Origin: a virus
Lineage: Duplodnaviria; Caudoviricetes
Reading direction: 5' to 3' (one strand)
IMG/VR virus record: IMGVR_UViG_3300002301_000007
Location: 1 to 36,513 of that record
DNA length: 36,513 nt
Under the pieces are notes generated by a model. The model was not told the DNA's origin. It saw only the letters and a list, made by a program, of their open reading frames with translations, and searched no databases. The position numbers were made by a program, and so were the translations under genes. Positions 17,203 to 26,495 of the stretch are shown here, piece by piece; the stretch's first letter is position 1, and every line of letters begins with the position of its first letter.

Positions 17203-17561
17203 ATTGCTTAGATTGTGGGAAAATTACTTCTATAAAGAGCAAAGCAAGATGTATTTCTTGCGCAAATCGTCATAGAAACATAACACATAGAGGCGATAAA
17301 AGTTATTTTTGGAAAGGAAAAGACGCTTCTTATGTGCAAAAACATAAATGGATCAATCAAATTTTAGGGCAAGCCACTTTTTGCAACGAACCTAATTGCT
17401 CAAAAACTTCAAATTTTTATGAATGGGGAAACATTTCGGGTAAGTACCTTCGTGATGTTTCAGATTATAGGTCAATGTGTCATTCTTGTAATATAAAAAT
17501 GGACAATAGAAAGAGAGATAAAAATGGAGTATTTATTAAGCGTTCTTGTTCCGTCTATTAG
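17199..17561 (+). CDS. HNH homing-endonuclease-like protein
   Basis: CLDCG..RCISC, WKG, H.WI, YEWGNISG, MCHSC. Confidence 0.75.
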   Translation: MNCLDCGKITSIKSKARCISCANRHRNITHRGDKSYFWKGKDASYVQKHKWINQILGQATFCNEPNCSKTSNFYEWGNISGKYLRDVSDYRSMCHSCNIKMDNRKRDKNGVFIKRSCSVY

Positions 17562-18375
17562 GCCAAATAATTTACAAAGACTTTATGAATCTATAGAAAG
17601 GTCATTTTTTGGAAGTTTTGAAATGATTGTGATTGGGCCATATCCTTTGCCTGATGTATTGAAGGATAAGAAAAATATTAAATGGATTGAGGATTTTGGC
17701 TCACCTATCAGAGCGCAACAAATTGGATTAAATCATGTGCGGGGAGTTTTTGTTTCGTGGGCAGCGGACGACGGATTCTTTCTTGATAACGCATTAACCA
17801 TTGCATTCAATAAATTCTTTGAAGGCGTGATCGATGCTGCCGTTGCTAAAAACCATGAAGTCATTTTGAAGGCAATGGATTGGCATGACTCTCCCGGGAT
17901 CGCATTCGATTATAAGAAACTCGTCATGGGTAAATATCAAGAAGGGCCACGATTAAACGATGGCATGGAAAAGGATTGGTATTATATTTTATCAAACCAT
18001 GAGTCAATGAAGATGCCCGGTGTTATTAAAGGATTTTATATGCTTAACGTCGGTCTTGTGCCAACTAAACTTTTGCTTGAGGTTGGCGGTTGGGATGCTG
18101 CAAGTTTTGAAGTTTGTCCAATGGCGTACAACGATTGCGCTCTGCGTCTGCAAAACTTTGGCGTTGAGTTTTTAATCCAAGATGAAATGATGTTTTCCTG
18201 CTCTCACTTGCCCGGACTATCGGGAGATCATGGCCCGATACATAACGCGCAAACATATCACGACGAGCCATTGTTTAAAACAATTTATAAAGATCATGCG
18301 GTAACAAGAATATTTATCGATCTTGATAACTGGAAGCAAGCCCCGGATCGATGGCAAAGGAGGTTCGGAAAATGA
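17524..18375 (+). CDS. Glycosyltransferase, GT-A fold
   Basis: LSVLVPSIRP, RG.FVSWAADD, EVGGWD, DCALRLQ. Confidence 0.85.
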   Translation: MEYLLSVLVPSIRPNNLQRLYESIERSFFGSFEMIVIGPYPLPDVLKDKKNIKWIEDFGSPIRAQQIGLNHVRGVFVSWAADDGFFLDNALTIAFNKFFEGVIDAAVAKNHEVILKAMDWHDSPGIAFDYKKLVMGKYQEGPRLNDGMEKDWYYILSNHESMKMPGVIKGFYMLNVGLVPTKLLLEVGGWDAASFEVCPMAYNDCALRLQNFGVEFLIQDEMMFSCSHLPGLSGDHGPIHNAQTYHDEPLFKTIYKDHAVTRIFIDLDNWKQAPDRWQRRFGK

Positions 18376-18581
18376 AACTTATACCATTTAGGATCAAGAG
18401 AAGTGATATTGATCGTCTTATCCACAACCTGCAACACTTAAAGAAAATGTGCGATAAGCAAGACAACCCTCGTCTTGTTTCAGTAAATCTTTTAGAGGCC
18501 AAAAGCGACAAGAAGATCCTTGGCGTATTTCCTCAAAAGCATTACCGGGTTGTTGTGAGCATTGATCGGATGAATCAATGA
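18372..18581 (+). CDS. Hypothetical protein
   Basis: ATGA coupling. Confidence 0.55.
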   Translation: MKLIPFRIKRSDIDRLIHNLQHLKKMCDKQDNPRLVSVNLLEAKSDKKILGVFPQKHYRVVVSIDRMNQ

Positions 18582-18754
18582 GTTCCCAACGTAAGATTTG
18601 CCAACGATGCCGTTGCGAAGTAAAAATTAAGAAAACCCTTACTTATGCCATGGCTATGAGATTTGATATTTCTTGCAGTTGTGTATCAACCCATGGATGG
18701 AGCGAGAAACAGGCATTGAAAGAGTACGCCAAAAAACAAAAGGAGAATCCATGA
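18578..18754 (+). CDS. Hypothetical 58-aa Cys-rich protein
   Basis: Not in the ORF track; ATGA-coupled at both ends; CQRC..CSC. Confidence 0.55.
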   Translation: MSSQRKICQRCRCEVKIKKTLTYAMAMRFDISCSCVSTHGWSEKQALKEYAKKQKENP

Positions 18755-19029
18755 TTAAGAAAATGATTAAGGGCAACAACTTGGAAGTTTATACAGTTGA
18801 AATGACAACCGAAGAATTGGGCCAGTTGATAGATAATGTCATTGAAGCGGTTGACAAATCAAAATTTGGCCCGGTCATGGAATATGGCGGAACGGCTATG
18901 CAGCCTCAAAAGGTCGTTAATCAAGTCGCTTTCCCGGTGTTTTTGCAGGTTTTGACTTCTCTTTTAGGCGATGTTGACACCGTTACCTTGATCCCCGATG
19001 GCCCCAAGTCTGATTTAAGCCTGAATTAA
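18751..19029 (+). CDS. Hypothetical protein
   Basis: AAGGAG before ATG 18751. Confidence 0.6.
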   Translation: MIKKMIKGNNLEVYTVEMTTEELGQLIDNVIEAVDKSKFGPVMEYGGTAMQPQKVVNQVAFPVFLQVLTSLLGDVDTVTLIPDGPKSDLSLN

Positions 19030-19081
19030 CGTTTCACGTTTTATTTCACATAAACTTTAATGTTTATGTTAAACTAAATAC

Positions 19082-19408
19082 ATGATAAAAACTAAAAAGA
19101 CAACTTGCTCCAAATGTAATATATCACCTCACGCAAAAAATTCTAAATACTGCAATGCCTGTCATGCTGCAAATATGAGGGTTTGGCGCATAACTCATGT
19201 GCTTAACCCTCTACAACGTAAGAAAATGGTTTGTCGTAGTTACACTCATGTTTATTTGAAGCGCGGGAAATTAACTAAACAACCTTGTGAAGTCTGCGGA
19301 GATCCTAAATCCCAAATACACCATGACGATTACGATAAACCGCTTGAAGTCCGTTGGTTTTGCAGGCCCCACCACTTAAAAAACCACAAAGAAAATCCCG
19401 GGCTTTAA
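19082..19408 (+). CDS. HNH-like nuclease
   Basis: PCEVCG..IHHDDYDKPLEVRWFCRPHH. Confidence 0.8.
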   Translation: MIKTKKTTCSKCNISPHAKNSKYCNACHAANMRVWRITHVLNPLQRKKMVCRSYTHVYLKRGKLTKQPCEVCGDPKSQIHHDDYDKPLEVRWFCRPHHLKNHKENPGL

Positions 19409-19420
19409 ATCGCCCGGGAT
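19395..19420. terminator. Hairpin at the convergence of the two transcription arms
   Basis: ATCCCGGGC-8nt-GCCCGGGAT; only short U-tracts. Confidence 0.5.
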
Positions 19421-19496
19421 GCTTTCATGGCTACCATACCACGAAATTTTAAAGATCGTTCAACCTACATGGCAAAAAGGCATATAGGAAACGATT

Positions 19497-19841
19497 TTAG
19501 GAGGCACTTGCAGGAGCAGCAGGTGTATTAGCGGTTACGGCTGCGCTAATCTTGGCCTTGTTTGCTTCGACCGCAGCAAAGATCGCATTGATCTTGTCTT
19601 GGTCTGCCGGGGCAACGGTGGTGTTTGCCAAAGCTGCTGCTAATTGCGTTTGAATCGAACCGACTAACGCAATAATGCTATCATCAACGGTTGATTCGGA
19701 TTGAACGTCTGCTAACAACTGATCCAATGTTTCGTTTTCCATTGCTTCCCCCTTGATTAATAGATCGAGTTTATTCTCGATCCGTTTTTGATTTTTCTCT
19801 ATCCTGTCCAACTGATCTTTGAGATCTCTAAGCCAGATCAT
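19497..19841 (-). CDS. Ala-rich helical protein (possible second start at 19742)
   Basis: Two ATGs, each with an RBS-like sequence; last gene of the late arm. Confidence 0.7.
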   Translation of the reverse strand: MIWLRDLKDQLDRIEKNQKRIENKLDLLIKGEAMENETLDQLLADVQSESTVDDSIIALVGSIQTQLAAALANTTVAPADQDKINAIFAAVEANKAKISAAVTANTPAAPASAS

Positions 19842-19853
19842 AGGATCCTTTCT

Positions 19854-20459
19854 TCATGCAGCAGCCGGGGCCGGAGCCGGGGCAACAACCGCAGGAACGC
19901 TTGAAAACAACTTCTCAATACCCAAAACAAGGCTTGGCACAACGCCTAACACGCCCGCTAACACAGGATGGGCAGTTAAATACGTTGTAACAGATGGATC
20001 TGCAACAACTGCAACGATTCCCGTTGTTGCGGTTGCTAACAAACCTTTCCAAATTCTCTGCCAAACTGATGCAGCAGTTGAAGGCGAAGTTGTTGAGGCC
20101 ACCGTAAAAGCCCCGGCAAAAGCGTTTGCTACATCCTGAACCAATCCCGTCCAAAGCCCAACATTGGAAGTCGTAACAACTGGAACGCCACCATTCTTGC
20201 GGATCTGCGTTCCACGCTGAACTGAAAAGATCCATCCTGCAATAAAGGTAACAGCAACACCGATCGGGACAGCAAAAGGAACTGGCAGGCTTGCAACCGT
20301 ATTACCGATCTCTTGGGCCTTAGTTGCCGGGGCAACTTCACCATTAACCATCGGTGTTTGATCGCTCAACTGCTTGTCCGCAACTGCTTGCTTAATTGCT
20401 GCGCAACCGCTTAAAGCCAAAACGCCTATTAAGAATAGGAACAACATTTCTCTTTTCAT
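19854..20459 (-). CDS. Lipoprotein with several hydrophobic helices (lysis candidate)
   Basis: Signal MKREMLFLFLIGVLALSG-C lipobox; about 3-4 further hydrophobic segments. Confidence 0.7.
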   Translation of the reverse strand: MKREMLFLFLIGVLALSGCAAIKQAVADKQLSDQTPMVNGEVAPATKAQEIGNTVASLPVPFAVPIGVAVTFIAGWIFSVQRGTQIRKNGGVPVVTTSNVGLWTGLVQDVANAFAGAFTVASTTSPSTAASVWQRIWKGLLATATTGIVAVVADPSVTTYLTAHPVLAGVLGVVPSLVLGIEKLFSSVPAVVAPAPAPAAA

Positions 20460-20479
20460 ACTTCACCCCCCTTGGTTGA

Positions 20480-20953
20480 TTAGAACATTTTCAATGCCCA
20501 ATTCATCGATATTGCGATCGCCAACGAACGTGCAAGATCTTCCCATAAAAAATCGAAATTGCCAATCTTAAATGCGGATCCGGCCCGGATCTGAAATGCG
20601 CCAATAACTAAAGGCATTCCAAACAAAGCCCAAGGATTATTGCAAACCAAACAAGCGATCGAGATCCCAAGAGAAACCCAAAGCGCGTAAATGATCCGCG
20701 TTTCAGTATCATTTTGTTTGTCGAATTTTGCGATCCAACTTTTTTCACCATAACCGAATGCTAATTCAAATCCAAGCGACCATGCCAGAAATCCCCACCA
20801 CCAAGGATCCGGGCTTTTATCGATGAAATGATGGACAAAATAGATCCCGGAAATACTTAATGCAACGCCGACGGGACGGATCCACTTCATCGTTTGACCG
20901 CCCCACATATAAAACAACACCGCTAAAGGAATTGACCAAGGTATTAAAATCAT
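20480..20953 (-). CDS. Polytopic membrane protein
   Basis: Several Trp/Gly-rich hydrophobic segments. Confidence 0.7.
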   Translation of the reverse strand: MILIPWSIPLAVLFYMWGGQTMKWIRPVGVALSISGIYFVHHFIDKSPDPWWWGFLAWSLGFELAFGYGEKSWIAKFDKQNDTETRIIYALWVSLGISIACLVCNNPWALFGMPLVIGAFQIRAGSAFKIGNFDFLWEDLARSLAIAISMNWALKMF

Positions 20954-21010
20954 ATCCGCACCTTTTACATTTACCGCGCCAAGGGAACAACCCGCAGCGC
21001 GGGCAAGTCA

Positions 21011-21418
21011 TTATAAATTAGCCCAAACAATATTTTGATTTGCCAGAATAGTTGTTAAAGTATCGATCTCCGTTTGATTTAATTTGCTTGCTGATTTAAG
21101 CCCCAATGCCATTACCTTCATCCCTGAAAAATTTTGGAAAGTTGCAAGATCTTTAACTATTGCATAATAAGGTAAGATATTTGCATCCGCAGCAAAAGCA
21201 GTTAAGAGATCAGAGCAAAATTGATCGACATTGAAAACCTGTGCTGCTGTCAAAGGAGCGACGTAAATAACAATCGCATCCAACGTTGCTTGATCTGCAA
21301 CCTCGACTTGAGTTAATCCTTCTGACGGATCGGAATGCTCGCCAATAGGGAACTCGTATTTGCTAACAACATTATTATTTGAATCTTTAAAATATCCGAA
21401 GCCTGTCGTTACTTGCAT
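21011..21418 (-). CDS. Putative tail-fibre assembly/accessory protein
   Basis: GGAGG RBS; follows the tail fibre gene. Confidence 0.55.
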   Translation of the reverse strand: MQVTTGFGYFKDSNNNVVSKYEFPIGEHSDPSEGLTQVEVADQATLDAIVIYVAPLTAAQVFNVDQFCSDLLTAFAADANILPYYAIVKDLATFQNFSGMKVMALGLKSASKLNQTEIDTLTTILANQNIVWANL

Positions 21419-21426
21419 AAATCCTC

Positions 21427-22239
21427 CTAAGATCCTGATGGTCTGAAATACATTGCGGAAGATCCGCCGGGATTAGATAAGTCTATACGATAATAATCAC
21501 CCTTCTTTACTGTAAAAGACATACAATCGCCGATTGTAACGCCCCCGGATCCTTGAAAGTATCCTTTCAATGTGCTTGGACTTGTGCTGCTATCAGTATA
21601 TCCTGCGCCAACTGTTTGAGGGCCACCGTTAACGTTAGTACAATAACCCTCAACGATCCCGTCTGTTGCAGCCTGATAATTTGTTCCGAATGATTTAGAA
21701 ACAGATGCGCCATAACCAACAACGGCCCCGATTGAAACAACATTTGCTTGAAGGATATTATTTGAACCATCGGTTAATAAAGATCCTATCTGACGATAAA
21801 AAGTAAAGCCCGATGGCGCGGATGAACTTGTTGAGAGTTTACAAAGGAATGTTGTTGCGCTCGCATCTGCGACTATATAAACATAATAAGTCGTATTAGA
21901 AGCAACGGAGCCAGTATCAAGCATCGTAAAATCAACTGTCAAAGGTGAAGTATTTCTTCTAAAGCGTAGATTTCCAGATCCATCCGGGATCGAAATTTCT
22001 CCGGCTGCAACCGTTATATTAGACGATGAATTATAAGCAACTAAACATCCTTGCTTATAATTATAAAGCACATTCTTGAACGATTCTGTAAAACTTTGAT
22101 TGCATCCCATAACGCCAAGCATTGTTTCGATCGCTGTTACCTCGTCATAAGGTGAATTAAAAAGAGATGCAACGAGTTTTGTTACCCCGTCAACAACTGA
22201 CGAAAAAGTTTTTAATGTATTCGGATATGATGCCGACAT
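21427..22239 (-). CDS. Tail fibre / receptor-binding protein
   Basis: LDTGS..NTTYYVY, PSGFT.YR.IG, C-terminal YQAATDG..VKKGDYY beta domain. Confidence 0.7.
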   Translation of the reverse strand: MSASYPNTLKTFSSVVDGVTKLVASLFNSPYDEVTAIETMLGVMGCNQSFTESFKNVLYNYKQGCLVAYNSSSNITVAAGEISIPDGSGNLRFRRNTSPLTVDFTMLDTGSVASNTTYYVYIVADASATTFLCKLSTSSSAPSGFTFYRQIGSLLTDGSNNILQANVVSIGAVVGYGASVSKSFGTNYQAATDGIVEGYCTNVNGGPQTVGAGYTDSSTSPSTLKGYFQGSGGVTIGDCMSFTVKKGDYYRIDLSNPGGSSAMYFRPSGS

Positions 22240-22248
22240 AAGATCTCC

Positions 22249-23523
22249 TTAATATTGCTGCAAGTTAGCGAGAGAATTATCAATTCGCTTTAAAATTGCC
22301 ACCGTTAGCAATCGTGTATCTCCAAATTGAATCGTTGCATGGAAGCGATCGGAAGTATCTGACATTGCGTATTGAACGTTATCAATCTGCGCGTTATACT
22401 CTCCACCAACAAAAACATCACTCCCGCCCGTTGCTGCTATGCCGATCGTTATATCGCTTCCGCCACTTGCTGCTGTTCCTATAATATTCCCAACATTGTC
22501 TGTTAACAGATCTCTATCGTAATCAATATCAAAAATGTTGATGAGGCCGATCGGGATCTGATCTTCAAGCCTAAAATTTGTATTGCGAATAACCACCCGC
22601 ATATTTAATTGCGGTTGAGATCCGGCAGCAATCGTATTTCCAAGGTATTCATCGGCAACTGTTTCTGTCGTGATCGATCCATTGTTAACGATAACTTCTG
22701 ATAGATAATAAAGAGCGATGCTGTCTGTGTTTTGAAGTTGAAGTTTAAATTTGGATCCCGCAACGGTTCCACCCACTAAATATGCGCTATTAATTAAAGC
22801 ATCGAAGTTGATCTTTCTTTCAAATGTTTCTACATCATCACCCGCAAAATATCTTTTCCGAACATTAATTCCTTCGGGAACCCAAAAAAAGTTTAAATTT
22901 TGATCGATGCCGTACTCATATCCTTCGGACAATCCAAATAAAGTATTTAGAGCATCGTCAACGGTTGTCAAAAATTGTATTGTATCCGGCGTAAAAGTTC
23001 CCGGCGTTATCGTCCCTGTTTGAATTGGCGTATTTGGTGTAACAAAAGTATTCATTATGTCTTTAACTATTAATGAAACTTCGGTGTTTGTATAGGTTCG
23101 CGTACTTCCGGAAGTTTGAACGATCAATTTTTTAAATAAGCCAAAATATCCAACAACTTGAACTTTGATAACCTGTGGCACTCCAAGCGTCGGGATAGCA
23201 TAAGAAACATATCCGCGATAAACGAGTTTTGATTTTGTTGGATTTGCGGGATCCTTTATTCGGATCTGTATATCATCCCGGGCTTGCCAATCGAATTTTC
23301 GGTAATCCTTGTTTAATGTAATTGAGCAATCGCCACAACCGCCAATTCTATTCCATGTCCAAGATACATCCGTTACCCAAGGAGTTAAGTAACTTTTAAT
23401 ATTGCCGTTTTTATCTCGCAACTCGACGCTATAACCTGACGCAGAAAGATGGCGTTTAGGCGTTGGTAAACCAAGGCCGATCGATAGTTTTAATGGTTGA
23501 ACTTGTACCGTTGTTGTTGGCAT
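22249..23523 (-). CDS. Tail tip / baseplate hub protein
   Basis: Position after the Dit-like gene; beta-rich, 424 aa. Confidence 0.7.
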   Translation of the reverse strand: MPTTTVQVQPLKLSIGLGLPTPKRHLSASGYSVELRDKNGNIKSYLTPWVTDVSWTWNRIGGCGDCSITLNKDYRKFDWQARDDIQIRIKDPANPTKSKLVYRGYVSYAIPTLGVPQVIKVQVVGYFGLFKKLIVQTSGSTRTYTNTEVSLIVKDIMNTFVTPNTPIQTGTITPGTFTPDTIQFLTTVDDALNTLFGLSEGYEYGIDQNLNFFWVPEGINVRKRYFAGDDVETFERKINFDALINSAYLVGGTVAGSKFKLQLQNTDSIALYYLSEVIVNNGSITTETVADEYLGNTIAAGSQPQLNMRVVIRNTNFRLEDQIPIGLINIFDIDYDRDLLTDNVGNIIGTAASGGSDITIGIAATGGSDVFVGGEYNAQIDNVQYAMSDTSDRFHATIQFGDTRLLTVAILKRIDNSLANLQQY

Positions 23524-23532
23524 TGTTTCCCC

Positions 23533-24288
23533 TTAATACCAAGTATCTCGCCATTTAAGATCAACTGTTACGCCGTTTGGCCCTGTATAAACGATTGTGT
23601 TATTGCCCGGCTGCAAAAGAATAAAGTCGCCTTCATAGTTTGGCGAATCGTCCGCAGCGTTATTGGTAATTAAAAAATCATCCGATGTATATCGATTGTC
23701 AACGATGAAAGTATTATACCCTAATAATGTTCCTTCGTATTGGAACGATAAATTGTTAGTTTGATTCTGAATGCCAAGATTCGCAACAATCGGAGAAGAT
23801 AAGGCTGTTATAGAGATCTTGCATCGGGCCGGAGCATTCCCGGCGTTATTAACAACATAACCAACCCCGCTTGTTGGAACCCGCGAATCGTCATTCTCTG
23901 TTTGGGATAACCAAAACGGATAATGCGCAATAAATACGGCCTTGACGGTCATTAGGCGACGAACATTTGTAAAGATCTTGTCAAGTGAACTTAATTGACA
24001 AGTCATATACCGAACACCGTCTAAAGTGAAATTTTGTAAGCCATTTTGCAAGGCAGCCTTTAACGCATCCATGTTAGCTGTCAAATTATTAAAATCTGTC
24101 CCGGTAACTGAAATACCGACGTTGATCGTAATATAATCTCGCTTCCCTAACTCCGCAACTGAACCGTCCGTTTTAGGGATCTTATAAGTATTGACAGTTT
24201 TCGTTTCTTGAATCTCAAGGCCAGAGATTGCATAAGTACCGCCGGAATCTAATTGGAAGGTTCCAAGTTTTAACGTTACTGTATCCAT
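23533..24288 (-). CDS. Distal tail (Dit-like) protein
   Basis: IP..DG, PFW, NAGNAPA, LQPGNNTI, W..Y end; follows tape measure. Confidence 0.8.
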   Translation of the reverse strand: MDTVTLKLGTFQLDSGGTYAISGLEIQETKTVNTYKIPKTDGSVAELGKRDYITINVGISVTGTDFNNLTANMDALKAALQNGLQNFTLDGVRYMTCQLSSLDKIFTNVRRLMTVKAVFIAHYPFWLSQTENDDSRVPTSGVGYVVNNAGNAPARCKISITALSSPIVANLGIQNQTNNLSFQYEGTLLGYNTFIVDNRYTSDDFLITNNAADDSPNYEGDFILLQPGNNTIVYTGPNGVTVDLKWRDTWY

Positions 24289-24292
24289 AGTT

Positions 24293-25849
24293 TTAATGTA
24301 TCCTATTAAACTCGTTATAAAGCCGACGAGAAATTTCTTCCGTTAAAGCCTGTATGTCGCTTGGCTTAGATACTGTCGGGCGATCAACTTGGATGGTAAT
24401 ATAAGTATCGCCTTGATTTTTTGATTGTTGCGATGATGATCCCGATAAAGATAAATCTCCACTTCTAATGGCATCCGAGAAAGTTGGCGGAACGATAATT
24501 TCGTTTTGATGAACTTGGGCAAGCATATCCATTGGAACGCTTGAGGTTCCAACGTCAAAGGATCCTGAAACACCTTTAGCCCCTGCTGCACTACCACCAC
24601 CAAACCCGGCAAACTTCGATGCTCCTGCAATACCCGCCCCGGCTGCCAAAGCTGCTCCTAATGCTGCCGTTCCTGTCGCATCTGCTCCGCCAAGCGTTGC
24701 TATACTGGCAAGGATGGCTGCGGGTGTCCATGCTGCTGCGATCCCTGATGCTGCAACGGTTGTTTGCGCCATTATCGCCGTTCCAAGGGCTGCTGCAATG
24801 AGCATTTGAATACCATATTGAATGACGAAATTAACAATCGTCGTAAGCATCGCAGTACCGAATGCCTTAAATGCTGCGCTCGCGCTCTCGGTTCCTGTAA
24901 TAACTCCTGTTAGGGCCGAAGTCATATTTGTTGAAAATGACGTTATAACCGAGTTTTCAAAATCTTGCATCGTCGAATAAACGGTATGATGGTATGATTG
25001 AAGCGTTTTTAATAAAGTCATGTGCGCATTGGTATTTGCTGTATCATCCTGCAAAGACTTATCACGCATTTGCGCTTCTTCTGTGCTTAATTGCTGCATT
25101 AATTGCATTTCTTTTTGATTCGTCGCTGCTGCTGTATTCGCGCCTTGGGAAATAACGTTATAGTATGCTTGGGCAGTTATTTTCCCATTGAGATACATAT
25201 TATCAACAACCTTTTGAGCGTCGGAAAATTGCTTTGTTTTAATGGTAAATTCATCCTGTGAAGGTATGTTTTGCTTCATCGTATCTTGGAATCGTTTGCC
25301 CATTTCATCAACCGCTTGGCTTGATGTTTTTAAAGCATCTGTTACTGCATCGGCATCTTTAACGCCATGCGATAATTCTGTCCAATAAGCAATCTGGAAT
25401 TGTATCCCGCCAGAAATGCTTTTGAACATATCCGCATAACCGCTTTTAAGTCCTTCAAGCCAAGTCTTACTGCCGTCTGCATTAGCCTTCATGCTTTGGG
25501 TTAACGCATCGATCGTTGGAGCAAGCAAGGATCCAATATTCTCGGATAGCTGTTTGCCTGATTCGCCCAACTGATCCAAGTTATCCCTTGATTGGCTGTT
25601 AACATCGGCCCATGCCTTTGCTGCAATGTTCATCCCAAGGAATGATCCCGTCAAAACCAGTAATCCTTCATGGAAGATCCTCATTTCACGAAAAGAAGAT
25701 CTAAATCCTTGCTCGAAAGTTTGAGTTGCTTTATCACCTTCGACCCCGGCTTTATTGGCTGACGCTCCAACATCATCCAAGGCTGCTTTGGCTGCCCCTG
25801 ACGCTTGATCGTTTAGTGTTAACGTTATTTCCAAATCATTGTCGGCCAT
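24293..25849 (-). CDS. Tape measure protein (short, 518 aa)
   Basis: LEITLTLND.AS start, Ala-rich helices, FDVGTSSVP.DMLA.VH.NE.IVP. Confidence 0.88.
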   Translation of the reverse strand: MADNDLEITLTLNDQASGAAKAALDDVGASANKAGVEGDKATQTFEQGFRSSFREMRIFHEGLLVLTGSFLGMNIAAKAWADVNSQSRDNLDQLGESGKQLSENIGSLLAPTIDALTQSMKANADGSKTWLEGLKSGYADMFKSISGGIQFQIAYWTELSHGVKDADAVTDALKTSSQAVDEMGKRFQDTMKQNIPSQDEFTIKTKQFSDAQKVVDNMYLNGKITAQAYYNVISQGANTAAATNQKEMQLMQQLSTEEAQMRDKSLQDDTANTNAHMTLLKTLQSYHHTVYSTMQDFENSVITSFSTNMTSALTGVITGTESASAAFKAFGTAMLTTIVNFVIQYGIQMLIAAALGTAIMAQTTVAASGIAAAWTPAAILASIATLGGADATGTAALGAALAAGAGIAGASKFAGFGGGSAAGAKGVSGSFDVGTSSVPMDMLAQVHQNEIIVPPTFSDAIRSGDLSLSGSSSQQSKNQGDTYITIQVDRPTVSKPSDIQALTEEISRRLYNEFNRIH

Positions 25850-26121
25850 TATTTTTTCCCCTGCTCATTGTGCCTTTTAATCTCGGCATCCAAAAAAAAC
25901 ATAACCTCGATAAATTTATTGCTTTGCTGCATCCATCCTCCGGCATTTGGCAGCAAACCTTTTTGAAACATCGAATGAGCGATTAACCAACCTGTTACAT
26001 TTTCCGTTACATACGTTAAAGGGCATCGATTGAACTCCATTTCTCCCAATCCCCATCGTCCCGGGATTGGATGATCTCTAAACTTATACTCCTTGCACTC
26101 GAGATCGCATTTATGAAACAA
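25849..26121 (-). CDS. Tail assembly chaperone, -1 frameshift extension (gpT-like)
   Basis: No RBS; GLLPNAGGW..Q motif; in the -1 frame relative to the upstream slippery site. Confidence 0.75.
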   Translation of the reverse strand: MFHKCDLECKEYKFRDHPIPGRWGLGEMEFNRCPLTYVTENVTGWLIAHSMFQKGLLPNAGGWMQQSNKFIEVMFFLDAEIKRHNEQGKK

Positions 26122-26126
26122 GGAGA

Positions 26127-26453
26127 TTATGAGTTTTTTTGATCGTCCTTTAACATTTGGCTTAACTTAGCTGCCTCGCGTATTAACTCCGCAAGAATGT
26201 TTGAATCTGTGATTGTATTAAGCTGCTCCCGGACAGATCCCGCAATATCGAAATTCTTAATCTCAACAACTGCCGTTGAAAGAAAATCGTAAATCTTTGT
26301 TCCTGACAATTTCAATTTGTTTCCTTCGGCATCTTTAAAATTCTCTTGCTCCTCGCCTGATAATGGACGCAAAACAAATATCGTCTTGGGATCGCTCGTA
26401 TCAGTAACGCTTGAGAACTCGATTCTTTGACTCATGTTTAATCCTTTTAACAT
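26127..26453 (-). CDS. Tail assembly chaperone (gpG-like)
   Basis: Between tail tube and tape measure; ends CAA AAA AAC TCA TAA. Confidence 0.8.
   Translation of the reverse strand: MLKGLNMSQRIEFSSVTDTSDPKTIFVLRPLSGEEQENFKDAEGNKLKLSGTKIYDFLSTAVVEIKNFDIAGSVREQLNTITDSNILAELIREAAKLSQMLKDDQKNS
26133..26139 (-). other. -1 programmed frameshift heptamer A AAA AAC
   Basis: X XXY YYZ in the correct phase; the -1 frame is open into 26121..25849. Confidence 0.8.
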
Positions 26454-26495
26454 ACCAACTCCTTTTGTTCGCCCAAAGAATAGGGACTTTTGTTT

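Noticed and set aside
19030-19045. parS site (GTTTCACGT)
   Set aside because: Half-site only; no ParA/ParB recognised
20817-21011. 64-aa CxxC ORF
   Set aside because: Mostly overlaps the membrane gene 20480-20953; the coupled start and Zn-ribbon-like N-terminus leave it possible but unsupported
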